Shown piece by piece: positions 18,776 to 28,896 of a stretch of 64,000 nucleotides of DNA. Made by a program: the position numbers and the translations under genes. The stretch covers positions 64,001 to 128,000 of the forward strand of contig CAVZJB010000007.1 of NCBI GenBank assembly GCA_963775425.1, given 5' to 3'. The notes under the pieces are model-generated. The model searched no databases. It was not told where the DNA came from and saw only the letters and a list, made by a program, of their open reading frames with translations. How positions within the stretch are numbered: position 1 is the first letter of the stretch; each line of letters starts with the position of its first letter. The stretch is from an uncultured delta proteobacterium. GTDB lineage: Bacteria > Myxococcota > UBA727 > VGSZ01.

Positions 18776-19839
18776 CGGCCGCCGAGCTGTTCGGGGGGAT
18801 CGTCGCCGCCGTGCGCGCGCTGCACGAGTCCGGCGTCCACGACCTCCAGCTCGGCATGCCCTGGCTGCTGTTGTTGCTCATCCCCGTCGCCGGCGCCGTC
18901 GCCGCCATCGCCGTCGTCGGCTCGCCGCTGCCGACGCTGTCGTTCGCCCGCGGCGAGCAGGCGGCCAGGCTCCCGCGCGGCCGCGGGCACACCGCGCGCG
19001 TCGCGGCGTTCGTCTGCATCGCGGCGTCGGCGGTGCTCGGCGCCGTCGGCCTCGCGCAGCCGGAGGTGCTCGGCGAGCCCGAGCCGGGCACCACCGAGGG
19101 CATCGACATCGTCGTCGCCCTCGACGTCTCCGGCTCCATGCGCGCCGCAGACTTTCGCCCCAAGGACCGCCTGCACGTCGCCAAGAAGGTCATCGAGGAG
19201 CACCTGCTCACGCGCAAGCGCGACCGCGTGGGGCTCGTCGTCTTCGCCGGCGAAGCGTTCACGCAGGCGCCGCTCACGCATGACAAGGCGCTCCTCGGCG
19301 AGATCCTCGAGGGCGTTCGCACCGGCGTCATCACTGATGGCACCGCCATCGGCGACGGCCTCGCCACGTCCCTCAACCGGCTGAAGGACAGCAAGGCCAA
19401 GACGCGCGCCATCATCCTGCTCACCGACGGCGACAACAACGCGGGCTTCATCGCGCCCGAGAGCGCCACCGACCTCGCCGTCGACCTCGGGGTGAAGGTG
19501 TTCCCCATCCTCGTCGGGCGCGGCGGCAAGGTCCCCTTCCCCGACGGCACCGACATCTTCGGCGCCCCGCGCTTCGTCACCGTCGAGATGCCGGTGAACC
19601 CCACGCTGCTGAAGACCATCGCCACCCGCACCGGCGGTTCGTACTTCAACGCCACCGACGCCGAGAGCCTCAAGACGAGCTTCTCCAAGATCCTCGACAG
19701 CCTCGACCGCTCGCTGCTCGAGGGCCAAAAGCCCGTGCGCCGCCCCATCCCGCTCACCCCGCTGTTGCTCCTTCCTGCCGCGCTGCTGTTGGCGGCGGGG
19801 CTCACCCTCGCGTTCACGCGCGCATCGACGGTGCCCTGA
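18772..19839 (+). CDS. batA: BatA vWA domain protein
   Basis: GIDIVVALDVSGSM (MIDAS), DRVGLVVFAGEAFTQAPLT, GTAIGDGL, ILLTDGDNN. Confidence 0.9.
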   Translation: MTAAELFGGIVAAVRALHESGVHDLQLGMPWLLLLLIPVAGAVAAIAVVGSPLPTLSFARGEQAARLPRGRGHTARVAAFVCIAASAVLGAVGLAQPEVLGEPEPGTTEGIDIVVALDVSGSMRAADFRPKDRLHVAKKVIEEHLLTRKRDRVGLVVFAGEAFTQAPLTHDKALLGEILEGVRTGVITDGTAIGDGLATSLNRLKDSKAKTRAIILLTDGDNNAGFIAPESATDLAVDLGVKVFPILVGRGGKVPFPDGTDIFGAPRFVTVEMPVNPTLLKTIATRTGGSYFNATDAESLKTSFSKILDSLDRSLLEGQKPVRRPIPLTPLLLLPAALLLAAGLTLAFTRASTVP

Positions 19840-20885
19840 TGCGCTTCACCTCGCCCCTCCTCCTGGCGCTGCTCGGCCTCGTGCCCGTGCTGCTCCTGTT
19901 GTGGCTGCGCGACGAGCGCTCGCGCACGCGACGCCTCGCCGTCCTCGTCGACGCGGGGCTGCTGCCCGCGCTGTCGGCGGGCGCGTCGGACGCGCGGCGC
20001 GGGTGGCGGCGGGGCCTGGCCGTCGGCGCGCTGGCGCTTTTCGTGGTGGCGGCGGCGGGCCCCGAGGTGGGCGGGAAGACGGTGCTCCTCCCGCAGCGCG
20101 GCCTCGACGTGCTCTTCGTCATCGACGTGTCGCGCTCGATGCGCGCGCGCGACGTGCTCCCCGATCGCCTCGAGCGCGCCAAGGCCGAGATCGGCGCGGT
20201 GCTGCCGCGGCTGTCCGACCACCGCGTGGGCATCGTCGCGTTCGCGGGCACCGCGTTCGTGCAGTGCCCGCTCACGTCGGACACCGAGGCCGTGCGCCTG
20301 TTCTTGAACGACCTCACGCCCGACACCGTCCCCCAGGGCGGCACGGCGCTGTCGGCGGGCCTCGAGGTGGCGCTCAACGCCATCCGCGCCGAGGACGAGG
20401 GCCAGGGCGCCGAGGGGCCGGCCAAGAACAAGAGCGCCGGCCGGGTGATCGTCGTCGTCACGGACGGCGAAGATCACGAGGGCAAGCTCGATGACGTGAA
20501 TAAGGAGCTCAAGGAGAGCGGCGCCACCGTGGTGCTCATCGGCGTCGGCTCCACGCTCGGCGAGCCCATCCCAGTCGTCGACGATCACGGCAAGGTGAGC
20601 GGCTACGTGAAGGACCGTCGCGGCCAGACCGTGATGACGCGCATGTCGCCCGAGGTGTTGAGCCAGGTGGCGCAGCAGGTGGGCGGCGTCTTCGTCGACG
20701 GCACGAGCCAGCCTGACATGGGCCTGCGCGAGGTCGAGTCGCGCATCGCCGGCCTCGAGAAGCGCGACTTCGAGAGCCGCGCGCAGACGGAGTGGGACGA
20801 CCGCACCGCCATCCCCCTCGGCGTCGCGTTGCTGCTGCTCGTCGTCGCGCTCGTGATCCCCGAGCGCGCGGGAGGTGCCCCGTGA
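19839..20885 (+). CDS. batB: BatB vWA domain protein
   Basis: IDVSRSM.A.DV.PDRL.RAK, VQCPLT.D, VTDGEDHEG. Confidence 0.9.
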   Translation: MRFTSPLLLALLGLVPVLLLLWLRDERSRTRRLAVLVDAGLLPALSAGASDARRGWRRGLAVGALALFVVAAAGPEVGGKTVLLPQRGLDVLFVIDVSRSMRARDVLPDRLERAKAEIGAVLPRLSDHRVGIVAFAGTAFVQCPLTSDTEAVRLFLNDLTPDTVPQGGTALSAGLEVALNAIRAEDEGQGAEGPAKNKSAGRVIVVVTDGEDHEGKLDDVNKELKESGATVVLIGVGSTLGEPIPVVDDHGKVSGYVKDRRGQTVMTRMSPEVLSQVAQQVGGVFVDGTSQPDMGLREVESRIAGLEKRDFESRAQTEWDDRTAIPLGVALLLLVVALVIPERAGGAP

Positions 20886-21856
20886 TCGCCCTCGCCCTGT
20901 TCGTCGCCGCGGCCACGACGTCGTCGCCGGTGGGCGCCGCCCCAAAGCTCCTGCAGCGGGCGGAGCCGTCCCTCGAGGAGGGCGCGCGGCTCCTGTCCCA
21001 CGGCGACTTCGACGGCGCGCTCGAGCACTTCCGGCGCGCGCAGGCCAAGTCGCCCGACGAGCGCGCGGTGGTCGAGTACGACGTCGGCGCCGCACAGCTC
21101 GCGCGCGTGATGCAGCAGGCGCGGGCAGCGGCCAAGGAGGCGGCAGCCAAGCAGGCGGCGCAGAGCGCGGGCCCCTCGCCCGCGGGTGCGCCGGCGGCCG
21201 GGCCGGCGCCGGGCGCTCCCGCGGCGCAGGGCGGACCGCAGATCGACAAGTCCGCGCTCGACGACGCCAAGGCGTCCTTCGAGCGCGCCTTCGGGCTCGC
21301 CCACGACGCGCACCTCAAGTCCGAGGCCGCCCTCGCCGCCGGCAACGCCGCCGCCAACGCCCAGGACCTCGACGACGCCATCGCCCACTACAGAAAAGCG
21401 CTCGTGGCCGACCCGAACAACGAGCGCGCCAGGAAGAACCTCCTGCGCGTCCTCGAGGCCAAGCGCGCCCAACCGCCGCCGCCCCCCAAGAAGGGCGGCG
21501 ACGACGACAAGAAGAACGACAAGAACAACGACGACAAGAACAACGACAAGAAGGACCAAAGCGGCGACGACAAGAAGGACCAGCAGCAGGGCGACAAGGA
21601 CAAACAGCAGAAGGACCAGGACAAGCAGGGCGACAAGGACAAGCAGCAGCAGGGTGACAAGGACAAGGACAAGGACAAGGACAAGGACAAGGACAAGCAG
21701 CAGCAGCAGCAGCAGCAGCAGGGCGACAAGAAGAAGCAGAAGAAGGAGGAGGCCAGGCGCCTGCTCGACGCGCTGCGCGCCCGCGAGCGCCCGATGACGC
21801 CGCTCGAGATGCGCGGCAGGCAGAAGCAGCCGCCCAGGGCCGGGAAGGACTGGTGA
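20882..21856 (+). CDS. batC: BatC-like TPR protein with K/D/Q-rich linker
   Basis: TPR motifs (AIAHYRKALVADPNNERARKN), low-complexity linker, A.RLLDAL...E and C-terminal KDW. Confidence 0.85.
   Translation: MIALALFVAAATTSSPVGAAPKLLQRAEPSLEEGARLLSHGDFDGALEHFRRAQAKSPDERAVVEYDVGAAQLARVMQQARAAAKEAAAKQAAQSAGPSPAGAPAAGPAPGAPAAQGGPQIDKSALDDAKASFERAFGLAHDAHLKSEAALAAGNAAANAQDLDDAIAHYRKALVADPNNERARKNLLRVLEAKRAQPPPPPKKGGDDDKKNDKNNDDKNNDKKDQSGDDKKDQQQGDKDKQQKDQDKQGDKDKQQQGDKDKDKDKDKDKDKQQQQQQQQGDKKKQKKEEARRLLDALRARERPMTPLEMRGRQKQPPRAGKDW
21480..21745 (+). repeat. Coding low-complexity repeats (GACAAG)n and (CAG)n in batC
   Basis: Read directly; encode DKDKDK and poly-Q. Confidence 0.85.
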
Positions 21857-23685
21857 TGCCGCTGCGTCCGAAGCGCGCCCCGCGACGCCGCGCCGCGCGG
21901 AGCACGCGGCACCTCGGCGCCGTGGGCCTCGTGGCCGCCGCCCTGCTCGTGGCGGGCGCGGCGGCTGCCGACGACGCCCCCATCAGCCTGCGCTACGACG
22001 TCAACGCCAAGGAGATCGCGCAAGGCGAGACCTTCCAGCTCGACGTGGTGCTCACGGTGCACTCCCAGCAGCCCGTGGAGGAGGTGGCGCTGCCCGACAT
22101 CCCGCGCGGGCTCACCGTCGTGCAGGAGCGGCGCGCGTCGTCGACGCAGATCGGCAACGTCAACGGCCACCGCAGCATCACCGTCGAGCAGCGCTACCTG
22201 TACCTGTTGCGCGGCGACGAGGCCGGCACCTTCAAGATCCCCGAGGCCACCGCGCGCCTCGGGCGCTTCGTCGCGCACGCCCCCGCGCTCACGGTGAAGG
22301 TCGTGGCGGATCCGTCGTCGTCGGCGGCAGCGCCGCCGGGGGTGCCCGAGCCCGCCGGCGCGCTGCCGGGCGCGCGCTTCGGCAGGAGGCCGCCGGCGTC
22401 GTTCCTCGAGGTCACGCTCGACCGCGACAGCGCCGTCGTCGGCCAGCAGGTCACCGCCACCACCGAGGTCTACTCCCAGCGGCCCCTCGGCGAGTTTCCG
22501 CGGCTCGCGCCGCTCAAGCCGCCGGGCTTCTTCTGCACGCCGCTCCTCGGCGACGATCGACCAAACCCCTCGCAAAAGAGCGTCGCCGGCCACCTCTACT
22601 ACGTCTACCTCGTCAACATGGACGCGCTGTTCCCCGTGAAGGCGGGCGACGTGACCATCCCCGCGCAGACCGTGGACCTGCAGCCCGCGGGCTCGTTCTT
22701 CTCACGGCCGCGCGGGGTTCGCGTGAAGTCGGCGGCCGTGACCCTGCACGTGAGCGCGCTCCCCGGAGCGGACATGCCCGCCGGCTTCCCCGCGGGGAAC
22801 GTGGGCATCTGGCAGCTCACCTCGACGGTGCGGCCGTCGTCGGCGTCGCTCGATCAACCGGTGACGCTCACCATCGTCGCCAACGGCACCGGCAGCCTCG
22901 AGCAACTGCAGCTCCCCACCTGGGACGCGGCCGACGCCGAGGCCGCGGGTGCCCGCGTCTTTCCGTCGACGACGAAGATCGATCGGCGCCAGACCTCGGC
23001 GGACGAGCCCGAGCTCGGGGGGCGCGTGGTCATCGAGATGCTGGTGCAGCCGGAGAAGGTCGGCCAACTGCACATCCCCGCGTTCACGCTCTCGTTCTTC
23101 GACCCGTTTGCGCGCGCGTACAAGACGTCGAGCACCAGGCCCATCGTGGTCCCGGTGCGCGCGGCGCGCAGCGCGTCGTCGTCGTCGGCGTCGCCGGCGC
23201 CGGGATCGCGGCAGACCATCGCCAAGGGGGCGCGGCCCTTGCGCGGGCACGTCTCGGCACAGACGCGGCCGGGCGAGGCGCCGGTGGCGGCCGGGGGCGC
23301 AGCGTTCGTCGCCGGTCTCGGCGTGCTCGCGGCGCGCGCGCGGCAGCGCAAGAAGGGCGCGTCGCTCGAGGGCAAGCGCGCGAGCAAGCGGCGCGATCGG
23401 CAGCGCGCCCTCGACGACGCCAAGGCGCGCGGCGACCTCGCGGGCCTCGAGCGCATCCTCCTCGAGGCCGTGGCCGACCGCTGCGGCGCCGAGGCCAAGT
23501 CGCGCGCTACCGGCGACCTCGCCGCGTTCCTCGCCGAGCGCGGCCTCGAGCGCGCCGCCGCGGACGACGTCGTCCGCTTCATCCGCGACGTCGAGGCGGC
23601 GCGCTACTCCCCGGGCGGCTCGAGCGAGCGCGCGCGCCTCGCCGACGTCTGCGTCGCGCTCATCGCGCGCGTGGAGGCCGCATGA
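21856..23685 (+). CDS. batD: BatD family protein
   Basis: Signal peptide, three Ig-like repeats (GETFQL, VGQQVT, DQPVTL), YKT, TM helix, ARYSP. Confidence 0.85.
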   Translation: MPLRPKRAPRRRAARSTRHLGAVGLVAAALLVAGAAAADDAPISLRYDVNAKEIAQGETFQLDVVLTVHSQQPVEEVALPDIPRGLTVVQERRASSTQIGNVNGHRSITVEQRYLYLLRGDEAGTFKIPEATARLGRFVAHAPALTVKVVADPSSSAAAPPGVPEPAGALPGARFGRRPPASFLEVTLDRDSAVVGQQVTATTEVYSQRPLGEFPRLAPLKPPGFFCTPLLGDDRPNPSQKSVAGHLYYVYLVNMDALFPVKAGDVTIPAQTVDLQPAGSFFSRPRGVRVKSAAVTLHVSALPGADMPAGFPAGNVGIWQLTSTVRPSSASLDQPVTLTIVANGTGSLEQLQLPTWDAADAEAAGARVFPSTTKIDRRQTSADEPELGGRVVIEMLVQPEKVGQLHIPAFTLSFFDPFARAYKTSSTRPIVVPVRAARSASSSSASPAPGSRQTIAKGARPLRGHVSAQTRPGEAPVAAGGAAFVAGLGVLAARARQRKKGASLEGKRASKRRDRQRALDDAKARGDLAGLERILLEAVADRCGAEAKSRATGDLAAFLAERGLERAAADDVVRFIRDVEAARYSPGGSSERARLADVCVALIARVEAA

Positions 23686-24461
23686 GCGCGACGCGCCTTC
23701 GCGGAGGACGAGCCCCCGCGCCTCGACAGGCAGCGGCGCTCGCGGCGCTCGTCGTCGTCGTCGTCGCGGGCGCGGCCCAGGCGGCGAGCGACGCGCGGCT
23801 GTCGCAGGCGGAGGGGTTGGCGAAGAAGCAGGAGACCGGCGCCGCCGCCGACATCTACCGCGGCCTCGTCAAGGACGGCGTCGACGGCCCGGGCATCCGC
23901 TACAACCTCGGCACGCTGTGTCTCGAGCAGGGCGACATCGGCGAGGCGGTGCTGCACCTGCTCACCGCCCGGCGCATGGCGCCCGGCGACGGCGACGTGC
24001 GCCACAACCTCTCGGTGGCGCTGGACGCGCGGGTGGACCGCCTCGCCGGCGAGGCCCCCGCCGACCCCGTGCGCGCCGTGGGCGCGCGGGTGCCGCCGCT
24101 CGCCGCGCGGCTCGCGCTCGCGGTGCCGTTGTTCCTCCTCGGCGCGCTCCTCGCCGCGCTCGCGTTCGTCGACCGCGGGCGCGCCGCCGTCCGCGCCGCC
24201 TGCGCCGCGGTCTTCGCCCTCGCGATCGTCGGCGGCGCCGTCTACCTCTGCCGCAGGTCCGTCGAGGGCACGCGCGAAGCCGTGGTGTTGAAGGAGGCCC
24301 CCGCCCTGCGCGAGCCCGACGACGCGGCCGCGGTCAGCTTCACCGCGCACCCCGGCCTGTACGGCGACGTCGTCGAGGACGGCGGCCCCTTCGTGCGCAT
24401 CCGCTTCGAAAACGGGCTCGAGGCGTGGATGAAGTCCGAGGACCTCGGCTTCGTGGACTGA
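23682..24461 (+). CDS. batE: BatE-like TPR/SH3b protein
   Basis: YNLG TPR, D.DVRHNL, two TM helices, SH3b-like end (VRIRFENGLEAWM). Confidence 0.82.
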   Translation: MSATRLRGGRAPAPRQAAALAALVVVVVAGAAQAASDARLSQAEGLAKKQETGAAADIYRGLVKDGVDGPGIRYNLGTLCLEQGDIGEAVLHLLTARRMAPGDGDVRHNLSVALDARVDRLAGEAPADPVRAVGARVPPLAARLALAVPLFLLGALLAALAFVDRGRAAVRAACAAVFALAIVGGAVYLCRRSVEGTREAVVLKEAPALREPDDAAAVSFTAHPGLYGDVVEDGGPFVRIRFENGLEAWMKSEDLGFVD

Positions 24462-24546
24462 CGCCGGTCATCGCCGCACACGCCGGACGCGCCGCGCCCG
24501 ACGACGCGCCCGACGACACGTCCGAGGCGCCGGACGAGCCGGCGCC

Positions 24547-25278
24547 CTACTTGGGGACGGCCTTGAGCATGGCCTTGCCGTCCTTCAAGACCACCTTGAA
24601 GTCGACGTTCTGGCACTTGTGCTTGGCCTTGATGGCGGGGATCTGCTTTTCGATCTGCTTGCGCAGGCCGTCCATGGTGAGGCTCGAGGACTCGCCGGTG
24701 CGGCGCTTGGCCTGCATGTAGACGTCGTAGAGCTGCTTGAGGTGTTGATCGGTCATGTTGCCGCCCGCGCGCGCCGCCGCGGCGGGCGCCGGGCGCGACG
24801 CGCGCTCGCTGGCCGGGCGCTCGGTGACGGGGCGCTGCGGCGGCTGCGACGTGATCAGGCCCTCGTCGGAGAAGGAGCCCACGTCGACGTCGAGGCCTTC
24901 GATGGCGGCGGGACGGTTTCCCACCTGGGTGTCCGTGGCCGCCGCCTGCTTCTCGTTCTTCTTTTTCTGCGCGACCTTGAACTTGTCCCGCTTGTAGGTG
25001 CCGTCCTCGATCTGCTTGAGCGTGCGCGCCCACATCCGGTCCATGGACACGAAGCGCGCGAAGAGCTGGCTGAAGCGGAACTTGTCGACCGTGTTCCAGG
25101 TCTTGACCTCCTCTTCGCGCAGGCGCCGCATCTCCGCGCCGAGCTGCATCTGGTTGCTCGTGGGCGGCATGCGCTGCTCGGGGGACCCGACGAAGTACAG
25201 GTCGAAGCGACGGCGAAGCTCATCGAGCTTCTTCTCGATCTCATCGAGCCGCTCGCGTTGTCCGCCCCGGTACGCCAT
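24547..25278 (-). CDS. MXAN_5187 C-terminal domain-containing protein
   Basis: LYDVYMQAKRRTGE...KHKCQNVDFKVVLKDGKAMLKAVPK; N-terminal DLYF.G.E..PP motif. Confidence 0.8.
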   Translation of the reverse strand: MAYRGGQRERLDEIEKKLDELRRRFDLYFVGSPEQRMPPTSNQMQLGAEMRRLREEEVKTWNTVDKFRFSQLFARFVSMDRMWARTLKQIEDGTYKRDKFKVAQKKKNEKQAAATDTQVGNRPAAIEGLDVDVGSFSDEGLITSQPPQRPVTERPASERASRPAPAAAARAGGNMTDQHLKQLYDVYMQAKRRTGESSSLTMDGLRKQIEKQIPAIKAKHKCQNVDFKVVLKDGKAMLKAVPK

Positions 25279-26648
25279 CAGTGGGATTCTACCTTGTCCT
25301 CGCCGTCGGCGATGCGTTTGAGACGCTCCCGCTCCCGCGTCAAGAACGCGTCACCCCCGGAGAGCTCGTCAGCGCGGCCCTCCGCGGCGAGCTTCTGCAG
25401 GAGCGCCAGCCCCTCGGCGGCGTCGCCGTTGTCCGAGAGCGCCACCGCGAGCGTGTGAACCATGTTGGCGTCCTTGCCGCCGGACTCGGCCACGGCGGCG
25501 CGGGCCAGGGCGAGGGCCGTGACGGGATCGCGCACCTCGGGGTCGGGCGCCTTCGCCTTGATCCAGGCGCAGTCGTTCTTCACCTCGGGCGACGACCGCG
25601 TGCCCACCTCGGCGAGCGCGGCGTCGCACAACGCGTTGGCCGTCTTGAGGTCGGACCACGGCAGCTCCTCGTCGTCACCGCCGTACAGGGACAGCAGCAG
25701 CGTGGCGTGCTCGATGGCGTGCTCCATGTCGTCGTCGTGCAGGCGCAGGAGGCCCTCGTGGATGAGGCGCTTGCCCTCGACGTCGTCGCCGGTCTCGCTC
25801 TTGATGCGGCCGAGCAGGAAGAAGGTGGCCGGGTCGTCGGGGGCGAGGCGGGCGGCGGCGGCGGCGTGCTTCTTGGCCTCGTCCACGCGCTTGTGCAGGA
25901 GCGCCTCGAGCCCGGCCACCGCCTGGTAGCGCGGCGACAGCAGCGGCCGGCCGGCATAGAGCACCACCACCGCGAACAGGACGCCCGACGCCGCGAGCAC
26001 CACGGTGCCGAAGAGCTTCTCCCGCGGGCCCACGGCGACGTCGGCGCCGTCGTCGCCGAGGAAGCTGCGGTCGCCGGCGGACAGGCCGTAGCCGAGGAGG
26101 AAGCCGAACACGAGCCCGCCCACGTGGGCGGTGTTGTCGATGAACGGCACCAGGAAGCCGAGCGCGAACGTGGCGCCCACGAACGGCAGCAGCGCCCCGA
26201 TGAGCAGCCGGCCGAGGCTCTTGTGGCGCACGATCAAGGCGAGCGCGAGGAGCGCCCCGGTGATGCCGAAGATGGCCCCCGACGCGCCCGCCGTCGGCGT
26301 GGAGGCGAGCGCGACGCTGACGGCGAAGCCGAACACGCCGGTGGCGGCGTAGATGAGCAGGAGCCGCGCGGCGCCCACCATCTGCTCGAGGGCGCGCCCG
26401 ACCTGCAGGAGCACCCACATGTTGAGCGCGAGGTGCCACACGCCGAGGTGCACGAAGCACGCGGTGAGCAGGCGCCAGATCTCGCCGTTCCATACGCGCC
26501 CCGGGTCGACGCCGCCGGCGGCGGTGAGGTCGGCGAGGCCTGCGCGCCACGGGGACACCCCCGCGAGGATCATCGCGAGGAAAACGGACACGTTGAGCCC
26601 GAGCAGGGCCCAGGTCGCCGTGGTCTTCTTGTCGTCCTCGTCCGCCAA
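25278..26648 (-). CDS. Rhomboid family intramembrane serine protease with C-terminal TPR domain
   Basis: WRLLTACFVH, HLALN, GASGAIFG (catalytic Ser), AHVGG (His); TTG start after AAGGA. Confidence 0.9.
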   Translation of the reverse strand: MADEDDKKTTATWALLGLNVSVFLAMILAGVSPWRAGLADLTAAGGVDPGRVWNGEIWRLLTACFVHLGVWHLALNMWVLLQVGRALEQMVGAARLLLIYAATGVFGFAVSVALASTPTAGASGAIFGITGALLALALIVRHKSLGRLLIGALLPFVGATFALGFLVPFIDNTAHVGGLVFGFLLGYGLSAGDRSFLGDDGADVAVGPREKLFGTVVLAASGVLFAVVVLYAGRPLLSPRYQAVAGLEALLHKRVDEAKKHAAAAARLAPDDPATFFLLGRIKSETGDDVEGKRLIHEGLLRLHDDDMEHAIEHATLLLSLYGGDDEELPWSDLKTANALCDAALAEVGTRSSPEVKNDCAWIKAKAPDPEVRDPVTALALARAAVAESGGKDANMVHTLAVALSDNGDAAEGLALLQKLAAEGRADELSGGDAFLTRERERLKRIADGEDKVESH

Positions 26649-26715
26649 GAGTGCCTGTCCTTGTTGCCGGTGGCCGGCGCGAGCGCGACCAACCCCGAGG
26701 TTATAGTCTCGTCCG

Positions 26716-28872
26716 GTGCCGTGCGCGCACGCGATCCTCGCCGTTGTCGCCGTCGTCGCAGCCGCGGGCGCCAAAGACGCGCCCGCGGGCGCGTTGGAGG
26801 GGGACTTCCTCGAGGTCGACGGCGTCATCTACGAGGTCCACGGCGGCAAGCTCTACACCCTGGACGACCCCGCCCTCGAGGACCCGCGCCTCACCGTCAC
26901 CGTCACCGGCTCCAACGTCCAAAAGACGCGGGAGAAGCGTGTGCTTCGCCCCGACATCATCACCAGCACCGACATCGCGGAGAGCGGGGCGCACACGCTC
27001 GGCGACGTCCTCGCGACGCAGCCCGGGATCCAGGTGAACCCGAGCTTCGGCCTCGGGCAGGACGTGCAGCTCGACGGCCTCGACAGCCGGCAGGTGCTGG
27101 TCCTCGTCGACGGGCGCCCGGTGAAGGGCCGCGTGGACAGCCACGTCGACGTCTCGCGCATCCCCGTCGACGCCTCGTCCATCGAGCGCATCGAGATCGT
27201 GCGCGGGCCGGGCAGCGCGCTGTACGGCAGCGAGGCCATCGGCGGCGTCATCAACATCGTCACCAAGAAGCCGTCGCAGGCGCTCGGGGGCGAGGTCGAC
27301 GTCGGCGGCCAGGTGGTGCAGGGGGAGCTGTGGACCACGCTCGGCCTCCACGGCCGAGGCGGCGCGGGGCCGGTGGCGCTGCGCCTCGACCTCACCGGGC
27401 AGAACCTCCCCGGCATCGACCGCGCGGGCGTCGTCGACGTCACCGACGCGTCCGGCGGCGTCACCGGGCAGCGCGTGGTGATGCGTCCGGACGGCAAGGC
27501 CGACCTGCCCGACCGCCGCCAGCTCGGCCTGCACGGCGAAGCCGCCGCCGCGCTCTTCGACGACGTGTCGTTCCGCGCGCAGGTGGACGGCTCGTCGTCG
27601 CAGTCGGTGGCGCGCACCACCGGGGCGGCGGCGTTTTCGGAGCGCGCGCGCGACGACGAGTGGAGCGCGTCCGCCGCCGTGGGCACCGGCGTCGGCGACG
27701 CCGACGTCACGCTCGACCTGCGCCTGGATCGCTTCCGCCACGTCTTCGACAAGCTGCCGAGCGGCGGCTCCCTCGCCCCGCCCGGCTTCTGCGCCGACGG
27801 CGGCTTCTTCTTCGACGTCCCCTGTCCCGCCAAGCCCGTGCTCAACACCGACGCCGTCGAGGACGAGGCGCGCCTCGAGCTCAAGGCGACGTCCCCCCTG
27901 CTCGCCGACGTGCTCGCAGGCTCCGCGGGCGCCGTCCTCACCCGGGAGCAGGACGCGCGGGTGAACGGCAAGGGCGAGGACACGCTCCCCGGCGGCGGCG
28001 AGCGCGACGTCGCCTCCGTGTACGCGGAGCTGTCATGGACGCCGCTGCCGTGGCTGACGGTGGTGCCGGGCGCCCGCGCCGACGCGTTCTTGCCCGCGGC
28101 CGCCGACGAAAACGCCGCCTTTTCTCCCAAGCTCGCGGCCAAGGCGGACGTGGGTGGCGGGTTCTCGGTGCGCGCGAGCTACGGCCACGGCTTTCGCCTG
28201 CCGAGCTACGAGGAGCGGCTCTTGCGCTTTGATCACAGCGAGCTCGGCTACGTGGTGCTCGGGAACCCCGACCTGTCGCCCGAGGAGAGCAACGGCTTCC
28301 GCGGCGGCGGCGCCTGGGAGGTGGACGGCGCGTCGCTCTCGCTGGAGGGGTACCTGAACCTCGTCGACGGCCTCATCGACTTCGACGACACCGGCGACAC
28401 CGAAAACGACGTGCCCGTGTTCACCTACGTGAACCGCGCGCACGCATACACCTCGGGCGTCGACGTGCGCGCGTCCTTGGGGCCGTGGCTCGGCTTCTCC
28501 CTCGACGGCGGCTACCAGTACCTGCTGAACGCCGTCGACGCGTCAGGCTGCCCGGACGCGAACCCGTACTTCTGCGGCGACGCCGCCCGCTCGCTGCCGC
28601 TTCGACCCGCGCACTCGGCGAACGCCACCCTGCGCTGGCGCCTGCGGTCGACGGGCACGGTGCTGTTCACCCGCGTCGACGGCGTCTCGGAGCGGCCCAT
28701 CGACGCCGTGACCACGGCGCCCGGCTACGCGCAGCTCTCGGCGGGCGTGCGCCAGACGCTCGGCCCCCTCGAGCTCATGGTCTCCGCGGACGACGTCTTC
28801 GACGCGTACGACCCGCGCCTCGGCCCCAAGCCCGGCCGCTCCGTCTCGTTCCTGTTGAGCCTCGCGCGCTGA
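26716..28872 (+). CDS. TonB-dependent receptor
   Basis: Plug motifs VLVLVDG, IERIEIVRGPGSALYGSEAIGGVINIVTK; GFRLPS, GNPDLSPEES, terminal GRSVSFLLSL; TATAGT 8 nt upstream. Confidence 0.93.
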   Translation: MPCAHAILAVVAVVAAAGAKDAPAGALEGDFLEVDGVIYEVHGGKLYTLDDPALEDPRLTVTVTGSNVQKTREKRVLRPDIITSTDIAESGAHTLGDVLATQPGIQVNPSFGLGQDVQLDGLDSRQVLVLVDGRPVKGRVDSHVDVSRIPVDASSIERIEIVRGPGSALYGSEAIGGVINIVTKKPSQALGGEVDVGGQVVQGELWTTLGLHGRGGAGPVALRLDLTGQNLPGIDRAGVVDVTDASGGVTGQRVVMRPDGKADLPDRRQLGLHGEAAAALFDDVSFRAQVDGSSSQSVARTTGAAAFSERARDDEWSASAAVGTGVGDADVTLDLRLDRFRHVFDKLPSGGSLAPPGFCADGGFFFDVPCPAKPVLNTDAVEDEARLELKATSPLLADVLAGSAGAVLTREQDARVNGKGEDTLPGGGERDVASVYAELSWTPLPWLTVVPGARADAFLPAAADENAAFSPKLAAKADVGGGFSVRASYGHGFRLPSYEERLLRFDHSELGYVVLGNPDLSPEESNGFRGGGAWEVDGASLSLEGYLNLVDGLIDFDDTGDTENDVPVFTYVNRAHAYTSGVDVRASLGPWLGFSLDGGYQYLLNAVDASGCPDANPYFCGDAARSLPLRPAHSANATLRWRLRSTGTVLFTRVDGVSERPIDAVTTAPGYAQLSAGVRQTLGPLELMVSADDVFDAYDPRLGPKPGRSVSFLLSLAR

Positions 28873-28896
28873 CGGATCGGCGACCGGAGCGCTGGG

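Noticed and set aside
21480-21745. Poly-Q/DK microsatellites as phase-variation switches
   Set aside because: Units of 3 and 6 bp keep the frame, and such linkers are normal for BatC.
24462-24546. Short CGCGCCCGACGA duplication between batE and the MXAN_5187-domain gene
   Set aside because: Only two clear copies in GC-rich DNA, with no recognisable RNA structure or element.
26650-26716. Cobalamin riboswitch or Fur box before the TonB-dependent receptor
   Set aside because: The gap is too short, the -10 box is 8 nt from the start codon, and no such motif is visible.
25281-28232. Very long alternative ORFs (983 aa here; also 32503..35649, 36109..39213, 59752..62829, 5085..7847)
   Set aside because: Arg/Gly/Ala-rich shadow frames of real genes; stop codons are rare at this GC content and no family motifs are present.
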